Assembly: GCA_027324805.1 (NCBI GenBank) | Contig: DAHVRZ010000002.1 | Span: forward strand, 85,658 to 149,657 | Length of the DNA: 64,000 nucleotides | From: Candidatus Parcubacteria bacterium | GTDB lineage: Bacteria > Patescibacteriota > Minisyncoccia > UBA6257 > 2-01-FULL-56-20 | Reading direction: 5' to 3' | Shown here: positions 33,248 through 44,950 of the stretch, piece by piece | How the letters are laid out: the number at the start of each line of letters is the position of its first letter | How positions within the stretch are numbered: position 1 is the first letter of the stretch | Program-made: the position numbers and the translations under genes | The notes under the pieces: model-generated | Databases searched by the model: none | Seen by the model: the letters and a program-made list of their open reading frames with translations, nothing else | Told to the model about the DNA's origin: nothing

Positions 33248-35059
33248 TCAGCCACCGCCGCCGGACGGGCCGCGGCCGCGGCCAAGCAATTGGAATGCGC
33301 TGCCACTTGAAGCGGACGCAGTGGTCTTCGAGGACGACCCCTTGATCGTCTGCGTAACGACCTGATCACCCACGCTCAGACCCGACGTGATCTCGGTCAT
33401 CGTGTCATTCGAGATGCCGACCGTGACGGATACCCGTTTTGTACCCTGCGGGAGCTCGGTTCCGGAGGCCGCCGCCGCAAGATCCGCCGCGGAAAGCTGC
33501 GTCGCCGGCTCGGTCACATAGCTCGTACCGCTCACCGTTGTCACGGCCGCGTTCGGTACCGTAATGACGTTCTGCGCCGTCTGGGTCACGATATTTGCCG
33601 TAACACTCATACCCGGTTTTACCTGCATACTGCTCGTTGTATCCGCGGACTGGGAAAATCCGACCTGTACGTTATAGCTCACCACCCCCTGGCTCACCGT
33701 ACCCACCGGATCGATCTCGACGACCGTTCCCGCAAGGGAAAGTCCGTTGATCGCGTCGAAGGTGAGCGTAGCCGGGTCGCCCACCTCGACCTTCGCCGCA
33801 TCGATCTCGTTCAATGTCACCTCGGCAACCTCGCCGTCGCCGACGATCGTTATCGCATTGGATCCCGGCGTCTCACCCACCGTCGCGCCGATGGCCGATA
33901 TCACGCCGGCGATCGGAGCGCGCACTGACGTATTCGCAAGATTCTGCTGGGCCGTCGTCAGATTGTTTTGCGCGCTTTGCACGCTGATCTGCGCCGAAAG
34001 GGTCTGAGTCTGCGTCGGACCCGCAACGAGTTCCGCAAGCGTCTCGCTCGCCTGCTCGAGTGACGCCTCATTATTCGCAAGGGTGTTTTTGTCGTTCGTG
34101 ATGCCCGTGATCGTGCTCTGCACGCCCGATACGGCGGTCGTCACGGTGTTCGTATATGTATCGAAATTGTTCTGGAGCGTATTCGTGATCGCGGGCAGGG
34201 GCTTGGTACTGCTCGATACCGGATAGCTGTTTACAATATACGTAAGAAAATCCTTGCTTGCCTTCACTGCCGCGCTCACCGTATTCGCGGTGTTGTAGGT
34301 TTCGGCGAAGAGCGCGTCGAGCGACTGCGTGCTTGATGCCTGCGTGGTCGCATGGTAATCCACAAGGTTCTTCTCATATGCGGCGGCGGCGGCCTGATAG
34401 GTTGCCTGCACCTGATTCTTATACGGAAGCACCGCAGCCTGCATGTAACTCGGCATGAGGCCCACGTATGCATCGGGATCGTTCTGGGTCGCGTTGAGAT
34501 CATTGCCCTGCACAAAGTTCTGGAGCCCGGTCATCACCGTCTGAAGATTCGCGAATGTACCGCCGAGATCCTGGAATCCACTCACATAATCCTGCGCGAC
34601 CGTCGTCGAAGCGGTGACGATGTTCGTCTGCCCCTGCCGCACCGCATTCTGATCGGACAGGAGCGTCGAGGTCGTCACTTGCTGCAGTTCATCGAGCGAA
34701 AGCTGTGCATTCTGCAGCGAAAGCTGGTCTGCGCGCACCGCCTGTTCCTCGTTCGTCGAATCGAGTTGCATCAGAAGCTGGCCCTGCGACACGTGCTGCC
34801 CCACTTTGACCGGGATTGATGTCACGGTCTCGGTGACTTTCGGCGTCACGTCGATCGTCGTCCCCGCCTGGACCTGACCCGTTCCCGATACGGACGAGAT
34901 GATCGAACCCTGCGATGCCGCTTCGACGATATATTTCGTGGGCGTTACCGTTGCATATGCGGCCTGATACCAATAGTACCCCGTCGCCGCAAGCGCGATT
35001 ACGACAACGGCCGAGATTATTCTATGCGCACGCATATACAGTTTTAATTTTGTGAACAT
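33248..35059 (-). CDS. Periplasmic adaptor / membrane-fusion protein (HlyD/MacA family), unusually long (603 aa)
   Basis: An N-terminal TM, a lipoyl/beta-barrel region and a very long coiled-coil hairpin. The C-terminus is Gly-rich. Confidence 0.75.
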   Translation of the reverse strand: MFTKLKLYMRAHRIISAVVVIALAATGYYWYQAAYATVTPTKYIVEAASQGSIISSVSGTGQVQAGTTIDVTPKVTETVTSIPVKVGQHVSQGQLLMQLDSTNEEQAVRADQLSLQNAQLSLDELQQVTTSTLLSDQNAVRQGQTNIVTASTTVAQDYVSGFQDLGGTFANLQTVMTGLQNFVQGNDLNATQNDPDAYVGLMPSYMQAAVLPYKNQVQATYQAAAAAYEKNLVDYHATTQASSTQSLDALFAETYNTANTVSAAVKASKDFLTYIVNSYPVSSSTKPLPAITNTLQNNFDTYTNTVTTAVSGVQSTITGITNDKNTLANNEASLEQASETLAELVAGPTQTQTLSAQISVQSAQNNLTTAQQNLANTSVRAPIAGVISAIGATVGETPGSNAITIVGDGEVAEVTLNEIDAAKVEVGDPATLTFDAINGLSLAGTVVEIDPVGTVSQGVVSYNVQVGFSQSADTTSSMQVKPGMSVTANIVTQTAQNVITVPNAAVTTVSGTSYVTEPATQLSAADLAAAASGTELPQGTKRVSVTVGISNDTMTEITSGLSVGDQVVTQTIKGSSSKTTASASSGSAFQLLGRGRGPSGGGG

Positions 35060-35084
35060 TATGGAAAGAAGTGAATATTGATTA

Positions 35085-35624
35085 TCACTGCCCGGTCACG
35101 ACGGACGTGGACACCGATGCCGGAACCCGATCCGGAACCTGCTGTGTCGGCTCGGTCAGCTGGGGAATCGACGAACTCCCCGTAAAAACCCTTATAAAGC
35201 GTGCAAGTACCTGTCCATGGCCATTCGGATCGCCTATGACGACGATCGTATTGCCCGGGATCACATCCGTAAGCGGGATGGTTTTATTCTCTTCGCGTAT
35301 CATTGTTCCCCCGTCCACCACCACCCATCCCTCGTCGCCGCTCGGCCCTTCCACCGAGATGACGGAGCTCGAGGGATCGACGCCAAGCACGGTTCCGGCC
35401 ATGCCGTATTGGTTGAGCGGCGGCGGGCCGCCGGGCATCACATCCGCCATCATTGATACGCCTCCCCGGAAGTTCGCAAGATAGTCCCTGCCGAAGTGAG
35501 ATGCAAAAATACCCTGCCGATATCCGACGGCCATGCCCGCCCCAAACACAACGAACACTGTCGCAGTGCCACCGACGATCCAAAGTATGGCGCGGGTCTT
35601 TTTCGAATTCAGGATGGTATTCAT
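35085..35624 (-). CDS. Membrane-anchored hypothetical protein
   Basis: The start was set at MNTILNSKKTR. One TM. Confidence 0.45.
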   Translation of the reverse strand: MNTILNSKKTRAILWIVGGTATVFVVFGAGMAVGYRQGIFASHFGRDYLANFRGGVSMMADVMPGGPPPLNQYGMAGTVLGVDPSSSVISVEGPSGDEGWVVVDGGTMIREENKTIPLTDVIPGNTIVVIGDPNGHGQVLARFIRVFTGSSSIPQLTEPTQQVPDRVPASVSTSVVTGQ

Positions 35625-35643
35625 GGGTATCGGAACTATTATC

Positions 35644-36081
35644 TTAGCGGGAGGCGGAGAACCTACGCCGCTCGACCGCCGAAAACTCATCAAACATCGC
35701 TGCGACCGACCATATCGCGAACGCGACACCACCGAATATCGCCGCGGCCGAGAACAACGGGAATGTCTCTATCATCGAAAGGAGAAATTCCGGCAGATTT
35801 GCGGCTATAAGGGAAAAGTCGGAGAAAAGAAGAGAACCGAACTGGAGGAATCCGCTTTGAGCAAGGCCTGTACGGAAGTCACCGAACCCGGCCCAGATCA
35901 CGAGAAGCGATATGCCGAACACACAGACCGTCGCCACGATCTTGATAATAAGATTCCTCTGCTCCCGGCGCTCTATGCGGACGAGTATCGCCTGCGCCAA
36001 ACCCATCGGAGGTTCCGGAATTTCTCTATTGGAAAAAAATTGCTCGTAATTCTTCATGGCGCCGGCGCCGTGCCGTTTCAT
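35644..36081 (-). CDS. Putative anti-sigma factor-like membrane protein
   Basis: A small membrane protein immediately downstream of an ECF sigma gene. The start is uncertain, and MKNYEQ at 36057 is also possible. Confidence 0.4.
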   Translation of the reverse strand: MKRHGAGAMKNYEQFFSNREIPEPPMGLAQAILVRIERREQRNLIIKIVATVCVFGISLLVIWAGFGDFRTGLAQSGFLQFGSLLFSDFSLIAANLPEFLLSMIETFPLFSAAAIFGGVAFAIWSVAAMFDEFSAVERRRFSASR

Positions 36082-36166
36082 CCTATATACGATATGTCCC
36101 TTTATTTGGGTGCGAAAACAAAAACGCCCGGGGAAACCGGGCGCATATAGAATAAGGTCGCACCGC

Positions 36167-36862
36167 TCAGAACGAGAAATCCTCGCGGGTACCGCCAATC
36201 GCCTTCTGGAGCAGCGCCAGGCCACGCCGGTGTTTGCTTTTTATCGTATCGATAGGTTCCTCGAGTATTTCCGCGATCTCGCGGAATTTGAGATGTTCGC
36301 CGTAGCGAAGCGTGAGCACGGTGCGGTAGGAAGGCGCAAGTCCCTGTAGAACCCCTTCAAGATGAGCCTTCATCTGCCTTTTTTCGAGCGCTTCGTCGGG
36401 GAGATCCGCTCCTTCGGATTCCGAAAGATAAGGCGCCAGGAACGTATCAAGATCACCATCCCCTTCTTCGATCTTGGAGAACAGCACCGGCCTCTTTTTT
36501 TTCAGAAAATCGAGCGCCGTGTTTTTCGCTATGGTAAGCAACCACGTCCTGAAATTGCGATTCACGTCGAATTTCTTGATATACTTCCATGCTTTAATGA
36601 ACACTTCCTGTACGACGTCGTTCGTGTCGTCGACGTTCTGCAGATAGCGGTACGTGAACTTGTACGTCATGGAAAGGTGCCGTTCAAGGAGCGCCGCAAA
36701 ACTGCCTTCGTCTCCGCCAAGGAATGATTCGATGAGTACGCGATCGGTCTCGCCGGCATATTCGCGCGCGACCGCGCCGAGATCCCTGCCTATTTCCCCC
36801 GCACGCGAACGCCCCGCGAGCGCGGCAAAGAACGGCATATCATTTTCGAGCCGATGTTCCAT
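36167..36862 (-). CDS. ECF-type sigma-70 family RNA polymerase sigma factor
   Basis: Region 2 reads DVVQEVFIKAWKYIKKF and region 4 reads LKFREIAEILEEPIDTIKSKHRRGLALL. Confidence 0.8.
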   Translation of the reverse strand: MEHRLENDMPFFAALAGRSRAGEIGRDLGAVAREYAGETDRVLIESFLGGDEGSFAALLERHLSMTYKFTYRYLQNVDDTNDVVQEVFIKAWKYIKKFDVNRNFRTWLLTIAKNTALDFLKKKRPVLFSKIEEGDGDLDTFLAPYLSESEGADLPDEALEKRQMKAHLEGVLQGLAPSYRTVLTLRYGEHLKFREIAEILEEPIDTIKSKHRRGLALLQKAIGGTREDFSF

Positions 36863-36877
36863 AATAACGTCACCTTA

Positions 36878-37342
36878 TCACATCCCTCCCGATCCGTCAC
36901 CCTTCGAATACAGCCCCGTGAGCAGTGCCTTCCCCACCACCCTCCCTTCCATGGATTCCATCAGATCATTCACCGATGACCCTTCGGGAATATCGATTGG
37001 TCCCGCAACCGCATACAGCCTGAACTCGTAATGATGGAAGTTGCCGGGCGGCGGGCATGGCCCCATATAACCGATCCTTCCTGCGCCATTTTTCCCCTCC
37101 ATCGCACCCGGCGGCACGCTCTCCTCTTTGATGAGCACCGTTCCGGGATCGATGTTCCATACCACCCAATGAACGAACCCTCCTTCAATGGGAGCGTCGG
37201 GATCGTGGACGACAAGCGCAAGCGAACCTGCCTCGGGCGGGACGTTCTGGATCTGCAACTCCGGATTGATATCGCCCCCCTCGCAGGTGAACTTGCGCGG
37301 AATAGGATCCCCTTCGGCGAAAGACGGACTTGTAATGATCAT
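36878..37342 (-). CDS. YbhB/YbcL (PEBP/RKIP) family protein
   Basis: FTCEGGDINPELQIQ...HHYEFRLYAV matches the PEBP motif. The start was moved to MIITSPSF. Confidence 0.75.
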   Translation of the reverse strand: MIITSPSFAEGDPIPRKFTCEGGDINPELQIQNVPPEAGSLALVVHDPDAPIEGGFVHWVVWNIDPGTVLIKEESVPPGAMEGKNGAGRIGYMGPCPPPGNFHHYEFRLYAVAGPIDIPEGSSVNDLMESMEGRVVGKALLTGLYSKGDGSGGM

Positions 37343-37367
37343 CGTGTTGGTATGTATCGGATCATTA

Positions 37368-37706
37368 TTATGATTTTTTCGAATATTCGTCATATTCGCG
37401 ACGCATCGCGGCGAGCACGGCCGCGGCCCGGGGCTTTGTCACCCCCGGATAGCGCCAGGCGCTTATGACGCGCCGCTCTTTTGGCCCGTCCTGCACCATC
37501 ACCCAGATCTCCTGCGTCCAGGCATCTTTCGATTTGAGCGATGACGGCTGCATGACCGCGACCGTCCTCGGCGCGACCCCTTCCTCGGTGCGCCGCGGCG
37601 AATGGAGCACGCGCCGGACGCGCGCCGGCGACAGCCGGTACTGCCGCATCTTCACCTGTGCGTGAACGGTCCATTCGAGCTGTACCGGTCCCTTTACGAT
37701 CGGCAT
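37368..37706 (-). CDS. Hypothetical small protein (112 aa)
   Basis: Only the part downstream of the PGI stop is likely real; the track's upstream extension is Arg-rich junk. Confidence 0.35.
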   Translation of the reverse strand: MPIVKGPVQLEWTVHAQVKMRQYRLSPARVRRVLHSPRRTEEGVAPRTVAVMQPSSLKSKDAWTQEIWVMVQDGPKERRVISAWRYPGVTKPRAAAVLAAMRREYDEYSKKS

Positions 37707-37752
37707 GTGATCATTATATTCCGGAGCGATCAATAAAATCCGAAGACGGCGC

Positions 37753-38724
37753 CTAGCGCGCGATGAGCTTTTTGAACTCTTCCACCATCGGCACCTGTTC
37801 CGGTTCCGTTCCGTACATTTTTGCCGTATAATAGGCCGTCCAGTCGGCGAGATTGAGCGCATTGAATATCTTTCCGATGCGCGTCTTGCCCTGAAGAAGC
37901 ACCACGTCCGTCTTGAACCCGCGGTCGCGGTAAAGTTTCTCAAGTACGTTCATGCGCTTCGTGATTCTCCGATCATCATCGCCGTCCTTTAGGATGACAA
38001 AGTGAAAGTTGCGGGAGATCGCGGTCGCTTTCGCTTTGGCATCGAAGCCGGTCATTTCGTTGTGATTAAGCTCTGGCACCACATTGAAGAATGCCGGGAT
38101 CTTTCCCGTCTCGTTGAATTTGATCTTCCAATTGTATGCGACCGCCCCGTTTCTGTCCGACGTATAAATGACGGGCACGTTGCCGTAAAGTTTGCGTGCA
38201 AGCTCTTTCGCCCGGTGCTCCTCCTGGATCGGATGGAGTTGATTCACGAGCGTCTTCGTTTCCGCAAGCAGAGCCTTCTCCCCCATGAGCGCGAGCGTCG
38301 CCCTGAGCATGCGCGGCGTCTCCATGCGCGGCTGGATATTCATGTGCGGGATCTGCACATACGGGATTTTGTTCTTTATTGCGAGCGAAAGGAGCTTGCC
38401 GTGGGAGGCGACCACCGCCATCGAGAGCTTCTTCGCCTTTGCAGCAGCGAATGCGTCAACCACCTCCTCCGTATTGCCGGAATACGAGCTTAGAATGACG
38501 AGCCGGTCCTTAAGGTCCTTGTCGGCCAGCTTCGGCAGGCCGTAATCCGACCATACGACGAGGTCCAGTTCCGGATGCCATATCTTGATAAGGTCGGCCG
38601 CAAGGTGCGATCCGCCCATTCCGATCACCAAAAACTTGGCGTATTTCTTGAGTTTTCCGGCATTTTCGACGACGGGTTCGTACTCGAACTGCTTATTGTA
38701 GGTTTTGATGTCGTTCGGCAGCAT
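37753..38724 (-). CDS. Bifunctional phosphoglucose/phosphomannose isomerase (SIS domain, archaeal-type PGI/PMI)
   Basis: LVIGMGGSHLAADLI...ILSSYSGNTEE matches the SIS signature. About 323 aa from MLPNDIKTYNKQF. Confidence 0.7.
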   Translation of the reverse strand: MLPNDIKTYNKQFEYEPVVENAGKLKKYAKFLVIGMGGSHLAADLIKIWHPELDLVVWSDYGLPKLADKDLKDRLVILSSYSGNTEEVVDAFAAAKAKKLSMAVVASHGKLLSLAIKNKIPYVQIPHMNIQPRMETPRMLRATLALMGEKALLAETKTLVNQLHPIQEEHRAKELARKLYGNVPVIYTSDRNGAVAYNWKIKFNETGKIPAFFNVVPELNHNEMTGFDAKAKATAISRNFHFVILKDGDDDRRITKRMNVLEKLYRDRGFKTDVVLLQGKTRIGKIFNALNLADWTAYYTAKMYGTEPEQVPMVEEFKKLIAR

Positions 38725-38797
38725 TCCTCTATTATACGCCCGATCGGCCCATTTCGTGCGCAAAGCTGTGGATTGCCGCCTGGATCCGATTTTTGCC

Positions 38798-41308
<2,511 letters not shown>

Positions 41309-41342
41309 GGATTACATTATACTACGCCCGGAATCGGTACTC

Positions 41343-42035
41343 TTATGCACTGTCTCCGGAATGTATGGAATAACCGTAACCATATATCGTTTTTATCATC
41401 CTTTGCGATTCCGGCCTTCCGCGATCGATTTTGGCCCGCAAAAAGCTGATATGGACATCCACCGTGTTCGTGAAGGCATCCGCGTCCGCATTCCATATAT
41501 GCCTAAAGATCGCATCCCGTGCGACCGGAACACCGGCGTTGCGCATGAGATACTCCAAAAGATCGAATTCCCTGCGGCCCAGCGCAAGCTGTTTTCCCTC
41601 CCGCATTACTCTGCGGGAGGCCGCTTCGAGGGTAATATCCCCGACCGCAAGCACCGTTCCCACCACTTTCTTCTCCCGCCGCAAAAGCGCGCGCAAGCGA
41701 GCAAGGATCTCGACCATCGCGAACGGCCTCGCTACGCAATCGTCCGCGCCAAGGTCAAGCACAAGCGCTTTCGATACGGGCGACGTTTCCGGTGAAATCA
41801 CAAGGATCGGCAATCCTGCGCCTCGCTCCCGGAGCATGCGGATCGTCTCAAACCATCCTTCTTCCATCTGTCCGCTTCCCAGATCGATCACCGCCGCATC
41901 GCATTTCCCCTTTTTTTCGCACTCCCGAAATTCTCCGCCGGAAGCGGCGCCTTCCGCGGAAAAATTTCCACCTCGCAATCCTTTCATCAAGGAATCCCTT
42001 GCCGCTCCATCATCTCCCGCAACCAATATGCGCAT
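41343..42035 (-). CDS. OmpR/PhoB-family response regulator
   Basis: A receiver domain (ILVAGDD..., D in AAVIDL) and a C-terminal winged-helix (…TNTVDVHISFLRAKI…). No histidine kinase gene is adjacent. Confidence 0.8.
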   Translation of the reverse strand: MRILVAGDDGAARDSLMKGLRGGNFSAEGAASGGEFRECEKKGKCDAAVIDLGSGQMEEGWFETIRMLRERGAGLPILVISPETSPVSKALVLDLGADDCVARPFAMVEILARLRALLRREKKVVGTVLAVGDITLEAASRRVMREGKQLALGRREFDLLEYLMRNAGVPVARDAIFRHIWNADADAFTNTVDVHISFLRAKIDRGRPESQRMIKTIYGYGYSIHSGDSA

Positions 42036-42147
42036 GGTTTTTATCAAACTACCGCATATTACTTCAAGAAATCATAAAGATTTTATGAACGACATCAAAA
42101 AAGGCACGGCAGTACTGCCGTGCCTTTTCCGATGCCGGAGCTATCGC

Positions 42148-42693
42148 TTACTTCCCTGCAGGGTTCGACACTGAGACGAGCGTGATCGTAAAGTGGAGCG
42201 TTGAATTTGCCGGAATGGGCCCGTTGGCCTGCGACCCGTATCCGAGTGCCGGAGGGATCGTGAGCTCGCGAACGCCGCCCACGCGCATACCGAGCACGCC
42301 GAGATTCCATCCTTCAATGACGCCTCCGGGTCCCGAGTTGCCCAGAGTAAAACTGAACGACTGGCCGTGCGACGCCGAGCTGTCGAAAACGGTGCCGTTA
42401 TCGAGTTTGCCGACATACTCGACGGTCACCATATCGCCGTTCTCGGCGACCGTTCCCGTACCGACCGTAAGGTCCTTTATCTGAAGTCCATCCATGGATT
42501 GTGATGATGTTACGTTTGTTGATGTTGCCGATGATGCAGCCGAAGCCTGCGTCTGCGGATTCGACGCCTGATCCGCGACGGTTGCCGGAATATTGGAAGG
42601 GTTGTTGATATTGGTGTTCACATACCACGATGCAACACCGATGATTACCGCCCCAAGCACCACGAACGCCGCAATAAGGAGTCCCTGTTTCAT
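42148..42693 (-). CDS. FKBP-type peptidyl-prolyl cis-trans isomerase, membrane-anchored
   Basis: VTVEYVGKLDNGTVFDSS...GVIEGWNLGVLGMRVGGVRELTIPPALGYG matches the FKBP domain. Confidence 0.8.
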   Translation of the reverse strand: MKQGLLIAAFVVLGAVIIGVASWYVNTNINNPSNIPATVADQASNPQTQASAASSATSTNVTSSQSMDGLQIKDLTVGTGTVAENGDMVTVEYVGKLDNGTVFDSSASHGQSFSFTLGNSGPGGVIEGWNLGVLGMRVGGVRELTIPPALGYGSQANGPIPANSTLHFTITLVSVSNPAGK

Positions 42694-42729
42694 AAAGTTT
42701 TTGGTTATGAAATTTATTTTTATTTTGAC

Positions 42730-43053
42730 CTATGATATCTTCGCACCCGGCGGCACATCACCCCCCGGCAGAAGCAATACCGGTGCTTCATCGGCACCGT
42801 GGGCCGCAAGAAGCATCCCCCGACTCTCGTGTCCCATGAGCATGCGCGGTTCGAGGTTCGCGATGATCACGACCTTCTTACCCACCAGGCTTTCCGGCTC
42901 ATAATGCTTCGCTATCCCCGAAAGGATCTGCCGCGGTGCCTCTTCGCCGAGGTCAACATTAAGTTTGAGCAGTTTTTCGGATCCTTCCACGCGCTCCGCA
43001 GAAGTGATCTCGCCCACGCGGAGGTCGGCATTCTTGAATTCATCGATTGTCAT
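42730..43053 (-). CDS. tRNA-binding protein CsaA/Trbp111-like (EMAP/MetRS C-terminal-like OB fold)
   Basis: DLRVGEITSAERVEGSEKLLKLNVDLGEE..RQILSGIAKHYEPESLVGKKVVIIANLEPR. Confidence 0.75.
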   Translation of the reverse strand: MTIDEFKNADLRVGEITSAERVEGSEKLLKLNVDLGEEAPRQILSGIAKHYEPESLVGKKVVIIANLEPRMLMGHESRGMLLAAHGADEAPVLLLPGGDVPPGAKIS

Positions 43054-43125
43054 ACGCGAAATGATATCACAGAACCCCGGCACGCGGAAGCGGCGCGGCA
43101 AGCGTGCACAGTATGATTTCGGGTA

Positions 43126-44226
43126 CTAGAGACCAATGGACGACGTTGCTATAGGAAGGGTCACCGTGACACCGGTCCCTCCCCCGCCGTTCCTGGCATT
43201 GGCATTGCCGTTGCCATTACCGCCGTCGCCGTCCGAGCCATCAGCACCGCTTCTTCCGCCGTTATCATTTCCATATACCGATGCCGAAGGAAGCGAAGGA
43301 GCGGGATTCTCCGTGGAAGATGTCATCGTCCCGGAAGCGTACGTATCGACGAAGACGGGGGCTTCGGTCCCGATCGCCGTCGAAGTGGCGGTCGACAACA
43401 TATTCTCCGACGTATCCCCGTGCACATAATGGTCTTCTTTTATCCGAATCTGGATCTTATCGTGGAAATCCGCGGGTATGGAGACGGATGCATTTGACGG
43501 CACCGACGATGACGCGGAATCGGCGGATGCCGCTTCCGCTCCCGTTACCGCGGCGCAATCGGCGGATGCCGCCGCCGAAAGCGTTTGATTCACCCGCAAA
43601 CGCTCCCCGATGCTGATCTCGTCGCCGTATCCCCTCCCGCCATGATCCGAAGACGATTCCATCGTCGAGGAAACCGACATCGGCGCCGGTGACACGATAC
43701 TGCAGAATGACGAGAGCGCTTCGCCCTTCAAATGAACGTGTGCGGCAGCGACGATGGAACTGCTCACTTCGCTATCCATATTGCTGGTAAGGTTTGCGAC
43801 GAGCGGCGCATATGCCGCGGCATCCGGGCTCGCCGTGAGCGCATTGATCTCCTGCGCGCGGCGCGCGGCGAAAGAAAGCTCGAGCGCCGGCTTCACCGAA
43901 GCCGGCGCGACGGCGAGGCTCACGTTTTCGGCGAGGCGCTTCAGCGGATAGAGCATGTTCGTCGGAGCGACATTCCGCACATCCGCATACACCGACGTTG
44001 CCGCAACGATCCCAAATGCGGCGGCCCCTGCACCCACGACTTTCCATACCGTACCCCAGGCCTCCCGACGTTTTTCTAAAAACCCGACTCCCTCCCTTCG
44101 GAAGGACTGATGCGCATCATAGGAACTCAAAAAACGCCGCTTCGCTCCTTCGGCAAAACGCCGGTCGGGCATAAGCGATTCCGTGATTTCCCGGCGAAGC
44201 TTTTTTGTTTTTTTGAACCATTTCAT
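43126..44226 (-). CDS. Membrane-anchored Ser/Thr/Ala-rich protein, putative anti-sigma factor partner
   Basis: Directly downstream of ECF sigma 44263..44823, with a single TM near residue 60 and a low-complexity ectodomain. Confidence 0.45.
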   Translation of the reverse strand: MKWFKKTKKLRREITESLMPDRRFAEGAKRRFLSSYDAHQSFRREGVGFLEKRREAWGTVWKVVGAGAAAFGIVAATSVYADVRNVAPTNMLYPLKRLAENVSLAVAPASVKPALELSFAARRAQEINALTASPDAAAYAPLVANLTSNMDSEVSSSIVAAAHVHLKGEALSSFCSIVSPAPMSVSSTMESSSDHGGRGYGDEISIGERLRVNQTLSAAASADCAAVTGAEAASADSASSSVPSNASVSIPADFHDKIQIRIKEDHYVHGDTSENMLSTATSTAIGTEAPVFVDTYASGTMTSSTENPAPSLPSASVYGNDNGGRSGADGSDGDGGNGNGNANARNGGGGTGVTVTLPIATSSIGL

Positions 44227-44262
44227 AATGCGCGTACAATTAAAATTTTGTGCGGCAGGCCA

Positions 44263-44823
44263 TCATGCCGCGTCACCGAATTCCTTTCTTACCTTTTCCT
44301 TGACGCGCAGCGCGGCGACACGGAGCGATCCCTCCGATTTCGCAAGCACGACGGCAATATCCTTGTATGGCATTTCCACCACGTATCTCAGCTCGAAAAG
44401 TTCTCGTTCCTCATATTGGAGCGTGGCGAGAAAATCCTTCAGCTTACCGTATCTTATCCTCTCCTCCACATTGGGCATCTCGGTCACGGCCATTCCCTCA
44501 ACCACATCATCTTCGAAAGACGAAAACGGCGCCGCTTTCTTTTCCCGATAATAATCAATGAGGACGTTGCGTGCCATTTGCCAGAACCATACCGTGAATC
44601 GTCCACGGCCTTTATTGAACGTTTCCACCTTTTCCACGAGTTTCAAAAATATATCCTGTGCGAGGTCCTCGGCGACCTCTTTCTTCCCCGTTCTTGCGAA
44701 AAGGAACCCGTACACTTTCGGCAGAAGTTCGTCATAAAGCTCGCCTGCGGCCTTGCGGTCACCCCGCTTCATCCGCAACGCGAGCTTGGTAAGACGATCC
44801 GCTGTCAAAATAGTACGTTCCAT
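44263..44823 (-). CDS. ECF-type sigma-70 family sigma factor
   Basis: Region 2 (EDLAQDIFLKLVEKVETF) and region 4 (YKDIAVVLAKSEGSLRVAALRVKEKV). Confidence 0.8.
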   Translation of the reverse strand: MERTILTADRLTKLALRMKRGDRKAAGELYDELLPKVYGFLFARTGKKEVAEDLAQDIFLKLVEKVETFNKGRGRFTVWFWQMARNVLIDYYREKKAAPFSSFEDDVVEGMAVTEMPNVEERIRYGKLKDFLATLQYEERELFELRYVVEMPYKDIAVVLAKSEGSLRVAALRVKEKVRKEFGDAA

Positions 44824-44950
44824 AGGAAATACGCACGGTCACGCGATTTGTTACGGTATGTATAACGGATCGGAAATGACGTTGGTTTCGTCATTTTTTT
44901 AAAAAATAAAGGCGGTAAATACGCAGGGTCGAAGCGGGTAACATCAGCCA